From Candidatus Thalassarchaeaceae archaeon (GTDB taxonomy: Archaea; Thermoplasmatota; Poseidoniia; Poseidoniales; Thalassarchaeaceae): a stretch of 32,000 nt of DNA. Both the position numbers and the translations under genes were made by a program. Shown here piece after piece: positions 25,166 through 32,000 of this stretch. Position 1 is the first letter of the stretch, and every line of letters starts with the position of its first letter. The notes under the pieces were generated by a model that worked only from the letters and a program-made list of their open reading frames with translations, was not told the DNA's origin and did no database searches. Where the stretch lies: the NCBI GenBank assembly GCA_045568075.1, contig JBJLBP010000001.1:30001-62000 (forward strand), in the 5' to 3' direction.

Positions 25166-26155
25166 ATGGTAAAGATGGAAGTAATCGAAGAAGGGCCGGA
25201 GAATATCAAAATCCTGCTCAAGGACAGCGACCGCGCTTATGCAAATGCTCTGCGTCGTACTCTCATGTCAGACACCCCAAAAATGGCCATCGAAGTCGTC
25301 CGATTTCAGATGGGATCATTCGACCTCTGCCTATCGTGCAGTCACCTGAATCCCGCAGCCGCAGCTCGTGAATCTGCGGGCGGAACTGGCTGTAATCAGT
25401 GTGAAAAGAAGTTGGAGAAGGAAGGAGTAGATTTCACCGTTTGGGAGACCAACGGCCCTCTGCCCGACGAGATGATTGCTCAGCGCCTAGCAATGGTGCC
25501 AATCCCAACCAACCACGAACAATTCCACTATCAGGAAACTTGTCCTAACTGCAAGGACCTCATTCCCGAAGACCGTGGTTGCCCTGCTTGCAATATGATC
25601 TACACTTGCAAGGCATTCGGCAGCCCTGAGGGAACTACCGTCACCGCAGGAGACATGATCTATCTCGGTGACGAGAGCCTTGAGATTCCGGAGCACTACC
25701 GATCGATTCCGATCACTAAGTTGTACAAGGGACAAATGCTCGAGTTCTACGCCACCGCAGTGATGGGGCGTGGCAGTCAGCATGCGAAGTGGTCACCAGT
25801 CTGCGGCGTCGGCTTCATTCCACGACATGTTGGAATTCTCAACAACAAGAGCAAGGCCAAGATTCTCTGGGGACTCAACCTCTCGATTACGGCCAAGGAT
25901 TTCGACAAAGAAGGACGCCTCGAAGATGTTTCCAAGGTTGAGACACTCATCAAGGAACTCTACCACGTTGGCGATGGAACCGAGAAGAAAGGCGATTTCA
26001 AGGAAGCTATCACCATCGAGGAAGTTCCTGGAGAGTACATCTTCAGCTTCGAGACAGATGGCTCGATGGATCCACAGACTGCGCTGAAGATGGCTTCTGC
26101 TTCTCTCTCAGCGACTTTCAATTCACTCGGCGAAGACCTCGCTGCGGTCCTCTGA
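25166..26155 (+). CDS. rpoD: DNA-directed RNA polymerase subunit D (Rpo3; Rpb3/AC40 homologue) with an extra Cys4 insertion
   Basis: 329 aa. YANALRRTLMSDTPKMAIEVVRF..PLPDEMIAQRLAMVPI, in the canonical position after rps11. CxxC..CxxC at aa 55-79 lies inside a ~45-aa insertion, and a second CxxC..CxxC is at aa 126-142. The C-terminal domain has no 4Fe-4S-type Cys cluster. Confidence 0.9.
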   Translation: MVKMEVIEEGPENIKILLKDSDRAYANALRRTLMSDTPKMAIEVVRFQMGSFDLCLSCSHLNPAAAARESAGGTGCNQCEKKLEKEGVDFTVWETNGPLPDEMIAQRLAMVPIPTNHEQFHYQETCPNCKDLIPEDRGCPACNMIYTCKAFGSPEGTTVTAGDMIYLGDESLEIPEHYRSIPITKLYKGQMLEFYATAVMGRGSQHAKWSPVCGVGFIPRHVGILNNKSKAKILWGLNLSITAKDFDKEGRLEDVSKVETLIKELYHVGDGTEKKGDFKEAITIEEVPGEYIFSFETDGSMDPQTALKMASASLSATFNSLGEDLAAVL

Positions 26156-26197
26156 AGCCGACGCAGGCTTCTTGCATCACCTCGGAGATGAGGTTGT

Positions 26198-27172
26198 ATG
26201 GCAACGGTGCTCGGTCGAGGGACCTGCGGCGGTCACGTGACCCTGCTATTCACAGTCGATGACCTCGATGATGACCCGATTCGACAGGGCAGCCTAGGAG
26301 CTGGCTTGTGTTTGTCCGATGGCTCAGAGGCTGTTGCTCGTGGTGAATCGGGAGACTATTCATTGCGCGTGAGATTTCTCGATGGCGACGGTGATACGCG
26401 GATGTTTCAGCAGGTTCTCGACCTGCTGAAGGACGAAATCGCAGAATTTGGCGAGATGAGTTGGGATATTTCCATTCGCAATCATTTGCCGTCCTCGCAG
26501 GGATTCGGTATGTCAGCTGCAGGTGCCGTGGCGGCTGCAGCTGCTTTTCAGAGAGCTTTGGGGTTGCCACATGAGGAGAGTTTGCGTCGTTCGTATATGA
26601 TCGCACACAGGATCGAGCGAACTAATTCAACTGGGCTTGGAGATGTCACTGCGCTCGCAGCCGGTGGTGTCGAGCGACGACTCGTGCCCGGTTCACCATA
26701 CTCTGGAGAAAAGCTGGATAATGGCCCTGGCCGAGCTGAAGGTTGGAGTGAAGGAACACCAGTGGTTCTCGCATGGCGCTCAAGCCCGGGCCGACATACG
26801 TCTGAATACATCAATAATCCAGATTGGAAACGATTGATTAGCGAGGCGGGTAAGACTCAGATGGATTTCCTTTCTGAGGGAGAATGGGACGTCTCGCGCT
26901 GGAAGGAATTACTAGATTCAGCAGAGGCATTCGCAAGTGATTCACGCCTCATCAATGATGCAGCTCGCGCAACCCTCCTCGAGTCCGGACAGAATGCCAG
27001 TGAGCGCGCCGGCCTAGCAACGCAGACAGCGGTTCTATTGTGCATGCTCGGCGAGAGTATTGCCATCGTACCTCGTGATATAACTGGCTCGCAGCAACTC
27101 GAATCGCTGCTCGCAGAGCTCGAAAAAGAAGGTCTCGAATCGACCCTCACTAGAATTGGTCAAACAGCCTGA
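26198..27172 (+). CDS. GHMP-family kinase, probable archaeal pantoate kinase (CoA biosynthesis)
   Basis: 324 aa. GHVTLLF, GSLGAGLCL, GHMP motif LPSSQGFGMSAAGAVAAAAAF (nt ~26486-26533), AHRIERTNSTGLGDVTALAAGGVERRLVPGSP. The pattern matches Thermococcus TK2141 pantoate kinase as I recall it (GSLGAG.., GYGFGNSAGGA.., AH..E...GGLGDV..GG.E.R..PG.P). GAGGT SD at 26190-26194. Confidence 0.6.
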   Translation: MATVLGRGTCGGHVTLLFTVDDLDDDPIRQGSLGAGLCLSDGSEAVARGESGDYSLRVRFLDGDGDTRMFQQVLDLLKDEIAEFGEMSWDISIRNHLPSSQGFGMSAAGAVAAAAAFQRALGLPHEESLRRSYMIAHRIERTNSTGLGDVTALAAGGVERRLVPGSPYSGEKLDNGPGRAEGWSEGTPVVLAWRSSPGRHTSEYINNPDWKRLISEAGKTQMDFLSEGEWDVSRWKELLDSAEAFASDSRLINDAARATLLESGQNASERAGLATQTAVLLCMLGESIAIVPRDITGSQQLESLLAELEKEGLESTLTRIGQTA

Positions 27173-27192
27173 TTACCAACAAGAGTTGGGAA

Positions 27193-28248
27193 TCAGGAGT
27201 GCCGTCCACCGGCCCGCTTCTCGTGAAACTCAGCTAGCGGGGTCAAATCCAACGGGCTAGCATCCAGCAAAATTGCACCATTCAATTTCAATGACTCAGT
27301 GAAGCCATGGCGGTAGACAATAGCCCCCTGTCCATACTCGTTGACATAACGGTCAACCTGTTTCTGAGTTTTCTTGCGCGGGAATCGTAAATCAGCACCA
27401 AAGAAATGCTTGGCATCAATCCAAGCGCAAGGCACACCATTGATTCGAAGATCGTCGAGCAGAAGAAGATCAGGAGTAACTATTGCTCGACCTTCTGATT
27501 GCTTTTGCTCCTTGAGCAATTCCTCTTGGCGGCGAAAGCGTATGTCGAGGAAGTCGAAGTGGGCGCAAAGAATGTCCTCAAACACCTCAGCAGCAGTCTG
27601 AGTTTCGCTTTGGTTCACTGAACTAACCTTGTCAGCCTCCTCAGCCTTGGCGAACTCCTGATGGTCTCGCTCGCTCATTCGAGTCGGATTCTTCAGCGTC
27701 TCCTTGATCCGATTTTTCGACCATCCTCGACCGGTCAAAATTGCACGGAACGTATTGACAGGAGGGGCATCAAAGCGCTTTGCCAAAGTGAGAACTCCCT
27801 CGCCGTTTTCGTAGCGGCGGCGGAGTTGATTTGCATTTCGCATAAGGCGTCCATGGGAATGAACTGATTTCTCCTGATTCAGCGCACCACGAAGCGATAG
27901 GGCTTGTTCAATAGTAATCGGGAAGTCCTCTATTTCACTTCTAATTTCATTCACCCGTTGCTCTGGAAGGAAGCCGAATTCACCCGGTCGGCACACGATT
28001 TCACCAACCTGTTTCTGGATTTTCTTCGGCACTGCGTTAGTCCGCCAACGGAGTGGTTTCTCTGCAGGAGGAGGGTCGATATTGGCAGGCATTCCCATTG
28101 GAGGTGGAGACTGTTTGAAGCGGGATAGCGCACGCTCGACCGCTTCGGGGTCTCCTTCTGACCACGGTCGCGGTTTCGCTCCGTTGGTCGACTTCTTTCG
28201 CGACCGACGTCTTCTACGGCGGCCGCCGCCTTCCTTATTCTCACTCAA
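27193..28248 (-). CDS. CDIN1 (C15orf41) / TPD-motif family PD-(D/E)XK nuclease-like protein with Arg-rich N-terminal extension
   Basis: 351 aa. The C-terminal core AEVFED..IVTPDLLLLD..CAWIDAKHFFG..YGQGAIVYRHGFTESL carries an E..(T)PD..DxK nuclease signature (TPD at nt 27469-27477, DAK at 27409-27417). The preceding HTH-like RRRYENGEGVLTLAKRFDAPPVNTFRAILTGRG parallels human CDIN1 (..YDKTPDFIL..WIESKASFG..GPGLVIYWYGF.., from memory). The N-terminus is MSENKEGGGRRRRRRSRKKS. Confidence 0.6.
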   Translation of the reverse strand: MSENKEGGGRRRRRRSRKKSTNGAKPRPWSEGDPEAVERALSRFKQSPPPMGMPANIDPPPAEKPLRWRTNAVPKKIQKQVGEIVCRPGEFGFLPEQRVNEIRSEIEDFPITIEQALSLRGALNQEKSVHSHGRLMRNANQLRRRYENGEGVLTLAKRFDAPPVNTFRAILTGRGWSKNRIKETLKNPTRMSERDHQEFAKAEEADKVSSVNQSETQTAAEVFEDILCAHFDFLDIRFRRQEELLKEQKQSEGRAIVTPDLLLLDDLRINGVPCAWIDAKHFFGADLRFPRKKTQKQVDRYVNEYGQGAIVYRHGFTESLKLNGAILLDASPLDLTPLAEFHEKRAGGRHS

Positions 28249-28351
28249 CGCGGTGAGCCACCGACCGGCCGCCCATGAACCCTCGCGCTGTAGGTGGAGG
28301 AATTGACTAGCCGAATGTATAGCGTGAAGAGACTAAGTTGGTTACTGAATA

Positions 28352-28717
28352 TCAAATCTGACGCTTACGATTGCGGGCGTAAATGTCGTAGACTGCATCG
28401 CGCAATGGGCGCGGAACCAACCAGATAATGGCGCCCAACCGGTATAGGAGTGGGAGTTGGAGAAGTATGTGGATGACTGCTGATGATCGGGCAAACCAGC
28501 GGCCGGATTCATCGATTAAGAAGACCGAATCAAGGTCGGCGAGAGCTGGTGGACGCTCGACTAAGAGAGCCTCTCCCTCGGGCGTCTCCTGCGCGACAAT
28601 GGAGATACGACCTGCCTTGTCGCGCTTGCCGATGAATGCCGCCCAGCCAGTGCAAACCGGACAGAATCCATCGATTAGAACGATTGATTGAGAGCTTGCT
28701 GTCATTAGAATCAACAC
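28352..28717 (-). CDS. thiol-disulfide oxidoreductase DCC family protein (DUF393)
   Basis: 121 aa. Diagnostic IVLIDGFCPVCTGWAAFIGKRD (D-G-x-C-x-x-C). The GTG start at 28717 is preceded by TGAGGT (28721-26), in which the leuS stop is fused to the SD. An alternative ATG is at 28705. Confidence 0.8.
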   Translation of the reverse strand: MLILMTASSQSIVLIDGFCPVCTGWAAFIGKRDKAGRISIVAQETPEGEALLVERPPALADLDSVFLIDESGRWFARSSAVIHILLQLPLLYRLGAIIWLVPRPLRDAVYDIYARNRKRQI

Positions 28718-28723
28718 CGAACC

Positions 28724-31612
28724 TCATACGAATGCGATACCAGGTTCGAGCGGGAAGGCGACCCTCGCCTTACCACCGACATCCTCGCCTTCCCCAACTG
28801 GGTAAGCAACGACCGATTCTACGTCTAGAGCAGCGGCGATGAAATCTGCAGCCGCATTGATTACGTCGTTCTCAGCCAAGCCGCTCATCACCAATTGCTT
28901 CTCGCCGTCGGACCAAGTGTGAATTCTGCCTCGACGCTTCTTCGAGCCCATCGATAGAGCCATCCAAGTCTGGAAAATCTCTCCTCGAAGAGCCTCTTGA
29001 GCAAATATCGGTAGAGATTTGAGATGGTCTTGGCCCTGACGCTTGAAATCAAATTCACTAGCAGCCAAGCCGACCGCTTCACGTGCCAACTCGCCCTTCC
29101 AAGCGGCAGCAGTCTGAATCACAACTCCAGTAATTGGTGCGTCCGAGTGACGTTCGGCCAACCCACGCAGATTACGTCCAGACTCGATCACTCCGCGCAA
29201 GTAAGCCTCTCGCGCGAGCACGGCAACATCAGAGGAAGAATCGCCAGCCAAATCAGCGGAAGCAGAATCGAATTCCATATCATAACTCGCGAGCATCTCA
29301 TCCATCCCAAGTTCAGCCCAGAATTCCTCTGCGATGTGAGGTGTGGCCGGAGCTAACATAGGAGCCCATCCAGCCAAAAAGCGCCGCGCAGTAGCCCGGT
29401 CAGCGCCTCCGCGTCGCAAATACCATTGCCAATCAGCAAGCATCTCGAAATGGCTCGCCATAACTCCCTCGCGTAGACTCACATCATCCATACAAGCGTG
29501 CCATCGTGTCTGATTCGCACGCAGGCGAGCCAGTAACCATTCATCCATAGGACCTGGTGCATCTTCCAGCGAATTGCCTGTATTGAAAGCGTCAATTATC
29601 GAACAGAGTTGTTTGTAGTTAGCCAAAACTGCATTGTCAGACCAGTCCATCCCAGCCTCCGGATTAGCTCCGAAGAGAATGAAAAGACGAACCGTATCAG
29701 CTCCGAATTTCCCTACCATTTCGCCCGGACTAACCGTATTTCCGAGACTCTTGCTCATCTTTGCCGAACGCGTACTCAAACCTGCTCCGCACGTCGGACA
29801 ATCGCCTCCGAAATTCTCGATATGGTACTCCGTATTGCAATCAGAACAGAACGGGGCGGGCGCGTTGAGCATGCCCTGGCAGACTAAGCGCCCGAAAGGC
29901 TCGCCGATCGAATTCATGCCGAGAGCGCGCGTCGCCTTGGTGAAGAAGCGGGCATACAAGAGATGCATAACGGCGTGTTCGATTCCTCCAATGTAGAGGT
30001 CCACGCCGCCATCCAGCCAGTAATCAACCGCTGAGCGGTCGAAAGCCTGCGAGTCATTTGCAGAATCTGCGAAGCGTAGGAAATACCAAGATGAATCGTA
30101 AAAAGTGTCCATAGTATCAGTCTCGCGACGAGCGGGACCGTTGCACTGCGGACATGTTGAGACAAGGAATGATTCGCTAGCCGCGAGGGGGTTGCCACTC
30201 TCCTCCCAACTGAAAGTAACATCGAGAGGCAATTCGACAGGGAGTTGATCGTAAGGCACTGGCACAACTCCACAAGCCTCGCAGTGAAGCATTGGAATCG
30301 GCGTGCCCCAGAAGCGCTGTCGGCTTAGCAGCCAATCCTTGAGCCGATACTGAACGGTGCCCTGTCCGGTTCCCTCAGCCTCCAGCGCAGAAATCACCGC
30401 AGCCTTCGCTTCGTCACCAAATAGCCCATCAAACTCAGCCCGTGTCGAATTAATCATCCAACCTAGACCATCGAAAACGGGATTCTCCTCAACGCCCTCA
30501 CCGCCCTCGCGTCGAGACAAAACTGGCTTCACTGGAATTCCGTATTTCTTGGCAAAGTCGTAATCGCGCTGATCGTGACCAGGCACGGCCATCACAGCTC
30601 CAGTTCCGTAACTGGCGACAACGAAGTTGCCAGCGTAGATTGGAATCTCTTCGCCGGTCAGTGGATTGATTGCAGAGCGACCGAGTGGAACACCCTTCTT
30701 TTCCTTCAGCATGTTGATTCGCTCGAACTCGGATAGCTTGGCGCACTCATCAGCAAGAGTTCGCCATCCAGCCTCATACTCAGTCCCGGCAACAAGAGGC
30801 TCGCAAAGCGGATGCTCGGGTGAGAGCGTCACGAAAGTCACGCCAAAAATAGTGTCAGGGCGTGTAGTGAACGCCCCGATAATGGCGCTCTCACCATCAA
30901 CTTCACCGGCAACAGGAAACTCGATTTGAGCGCCATGAGATCGTCCAATCCAGTTGCGTTGCATCGCTTTCACATTCTCAGGGAACTCGATGTGGTCCAA
31001 TTCATCGAGCAACTCATCGGCGTACTCAGTCATGCGGAGGAACCACTGAGCCATGTCCTTCTGAACGACCTCGAGACCACATCGCCAGCAGCGATTATTC
31101 TTCACCTGCTCATTGGCAAGCACAGTATCACAATCGTCGCACCAATTGACTGGAGCAAAGCGTCTCTCAACCAACCCAGCCTCATTGAAACGAAGGAAAA
31201 GTTCCTGATTCCAGCGATAATACTCAGGCGTCGACGTAGCGAACGTCCTTCGCCAATCGTACGAATATCCCATCCTTTCCTGATCAGCACGTATCATCAC
31301 GATGTTACGCTCCGTCACGGAGTGCGGATGTCCGCCTTCCTTCTTCGCAGCATTCTCGGCGGGCATCCCGAAGGAATCGTAGCCCATCGGATAGAGGACA
31401 TTCTTGCCCATCAAGCGTTGGAAGCGAGCCATAGCATCGCCAATGGAGTAGTTGCGTACATGACCCATGTGCATGGAGCCAGAGGGGTATGGGAACATTT
31501 CGAGGCAGTAGAACTTCGGACGTGAGTCATCGACTTCCGCTTCAAACAAGCGCGCCTCTTGCCAGCGTGACTGCCAGCGCGTCTCGATATCTTGTGAATC
31601 GTATGCCATCAT
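28724..31612 (-). CDS. leuS: leucine--tRNA ligase, bacterial-type architecture
   Basis: HIGH motif PYPSGSMHMGHVRNY and KMSKS at nt 29747-29761. The N-terminus is collinear with E. coli LeuRS (FYCLEMFPYPSG..GKNVLYPMGYDSFGMPAENAA..TPEYYRWNQ..VNWC..TVLANEQV, from memory). The track ORF starts at TTG 31744. I prefer ATG 31612 (MMAYDSQDIETRWQ) because homology starts there and GGGGTGA lies 2 nt upstream. Confidence 0.95.
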   Translation of the reverse strand: MMAYDSQDIETRWQSRWQEARLFEAEVDDSRPKFYCLEMFPYPSGSMHMGHVRNYSIGDAMARFQRLMGKNVLYPMGYDSFGMPAENAAKKEGGHPHSVTERNIVMIRADQERMGYSYDWRRTFATSTPEYYRWNQELFLRFNEAGLVERRFAPVNWCDDCDTVLANEQVKNNRCWRCGLEVVQKDMAQWFLRMTEYADELLDELDHIEFPENVKAMQRNWIGRSHGAQIEFPVAGEVDGESAIIGAFTTRPDTIFGVTFVTLSPEHPLCEPLVAGTEYEAGWRTLADECAKLSEFERINMLKEKKGVPLGRSAINPLTGEEIPIYAGNFVVASYGTGAVMAVPGHDQRDYDFAKKYGIPVKPVLSRREGGEGVEENPVFDGLGWMINSTRAEFDGLFGDEAKAAVISALEAEGTGQGTVQYRLKDWLLSRQRFWGTPIPMLHCEACGVVPVPYDQLPVELPLDVTFSWEESGNPLAASESFLVSTCPQCNGPARRETDTMDTFYDSSWYFLRFADSANDSQAFDRSAVDYWLDGGVDLYIGGIEHAVMHLLYARFFTKATRALGMNSIGEPFGRLVCQGMLNAPAPFCSDCNTEYHIENFGGDCPTCGAGLSTRSAKMSKSLGNTVSPGEMVGKFGADTVRLFILFGANPEAGMDWSDNAVLANYKQLCSIIDAFNTGNSLEDAPGPMDEWLLARLRANQTRWHACMDDVSLREGVMASHFEMLADWQWYLRRGGADRATARRFLAGWAPMLAPATPHIAEEFWAELGMDEMLASYDMEFDSASADLAGDSSSDVAVLAREAYLRGVIESGRNLRGLAERHSDAPITGVVIQTAAAWKGELAREAVGLAASEFDFKRQGQDHLKSLPIFAQEALRGEIFQTWMALSMGSKKRRGRIHTWSDGEKQLVMSGLAENDVINAAADFIAAALDVESVVAYPVGEGEDVGGKARVAFPLEPGIAFV

Positions 31613-31630
31613 CTTCACCCCAATCGAAAT

Positions 31631-31650
31631 GGGAGCCCTCTCAGGCTCCC
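31631..31650 (-). promoter_or_regulatory. perfect 7-bp stem hairpin in the leuS leader (GGGAGCC-n6-GGCTCCC)
   Basis: Read from the sequence and cross-checked with the frame of track ORF 31489..31755. It lies 19 nt upstream of the preferred leuS ATG. Confidence 0.4.
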
Positions 31651-31855
31651 AAGCTAAGCAGCAGGCCGAGCGAATCGCCCGCCGCGAAGGTTGGTGAAGC
31701 AGGCATTCGCGCCATGCGCCAGCGTCATGCCGTCTCGCTTTCAATGCACCCCTGAGAAAACGAGTTCGAAAGGAGATTATTCCTGAGAATGAAAGAGTCT
31801 AGTGTAAATCAATGGGTTTCTACTTAGATCGATAGTTTATACTCCCCCTTTCATG

Positions 31856-31861
31856 TTATAA
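31856..31861 (+). promoter_or_regulatory. candidate TATA box (TTATAA) for a leaderless transcript of the downstream small membrane protein gene
   Basis: Centred about 26-27 nt upstream of the ATG at 31885, which is the spacing expected between an archaeal TATA box and the start of a leaderless mRNA. A second TTTATA at 31836-31841 could serve either strand. Confidence 0.35.
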
Positions 31862-31884
31862 CTCGAACTTGTTCTAGTCCCCAC

Positions 31885-32000
31885 ATGAATTGGAAGTATA
31901 CGTTAGGTGCTGGTGCCGGAACTGGGGCAACTTTGGCAACATTGGTGGCGGTGCTAATGGTGATGATTGGACTAGAACCTCCAAACTTTTCAAGCGCTTT
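31885..32000 (+). CDS. hypothetical membrane / secreted protein, N-terminal part (runs off the window end)
   Basis: Not in the ORF track because it is truncated. MNWKYTLGAGAGTGATLATLVAVLMVMIGLEPPNFSSA.. has a hydrophobic N-terminal segment and stays open to the window end. Confidence 0.35.
   Translation, partial: MNWKYTLGAGAGTGATLATLVAVLMVMIGLEPPNFSSA

Noticed and set aside
30926-31525. 199-aa plus-strand ORF inside leuS (and 1629..2099 inside the pabB fusion).
   Set aside because: Both are antisense to strongly supported genes and have no motifs.
31613-31744. 44-codon N-terminal extension of leuS from a TTG start (MKARRHDAGAWRECLLHQPSRRAIRSACCLAWEPERAPISIGVK).
   Set aside because: LeuRS homology begins at MMAYDSQDIETRWQ. 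A GGGGTGA SD sits right before that ATG, and the extension is R/C/W-rich and not protein-like. I treat it as leader RNA instead.
1-32000. Whole-window search for CRISPR repeats, IS elements or transposases, integrases, tRNA/rRNA genes, toxin-antitoxin pairs and known defence-system hallmarks.
   Set aside because: I saw no spaced direct repeats, terminal inverted repeats, DDE/tyrosine-recombinase motifs, tRNA cloverleafs or defence ATPase/nuclease pairs. The lone PD-(D/E)XK protein at 27193-28248 has no partner genes and matches the CDIN1 family instead.

Overview
Archaeal chromosomal segment, almost fully coding, with 17 complete and 2 truncated protein genes. I saw no rRNA or tRNA genes, CRISPR arrays, transposases, integrases or recognisable defence genes. 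Archaeal identity follows from the rps13-rps4-rps11-rpoD(Rpo3) operon and recurrent GAGGT(GAT) Shine-Dalgarno sites. These sit alongside a bacterial-type LeuRS, a MaeB-type malic enzyme, an ATP-type PEPCK and very acidic protein tails. That mix suggests, by inference only, a marine heterotrophic Thermoplasmatota / Marine-Group-II-like lineage. Gene order, with strands: zinc-ribbon ORF (-, truncated), pabB-pabA fusion (-), pabC-like (-), 2861-aa surface protein (-), maeB (+), SDR (-), pckA (-), 1264-aa protein with about 35-38 TM segments (+), membrane-anchored FKBP-like protein (+), class I methyltransferase (+), rps13, rps4, rps11, rpoD (+), pantoate-kinase-like GHMP kinase (+), CDIN1/TPD-like PD-(D/E)XK nuclease (-), DCC thiol oxidoreductase (-), leuS (-), small membrane protein (+, truncated). 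Most of the window is housekeeping, and I cannot point to a clear novel multi-gene system. The leads worth follow-up are: (1) the giant type-I surface protein, with multi-propeller region, six FN3-like modules, one TM and an acidic tail; (2) the family-less 1264-aa mega-polytopic membrane protein, which shares a short acidic D-[FL]-G-L-[DE]-D-[LI] motif with that tail; (3) an archaeal homologue of eukaryotic CDIN1 (C15orf41) nuclease with an Arg-rich N-terminus; (4) a CxxC..CxxC insertion in RNA polymerase subunit D; (5) a long structured leader with an anti-SD element upstream of leuS. All coordinates outside the ORF track were derived by hand and may be off by a base or two.
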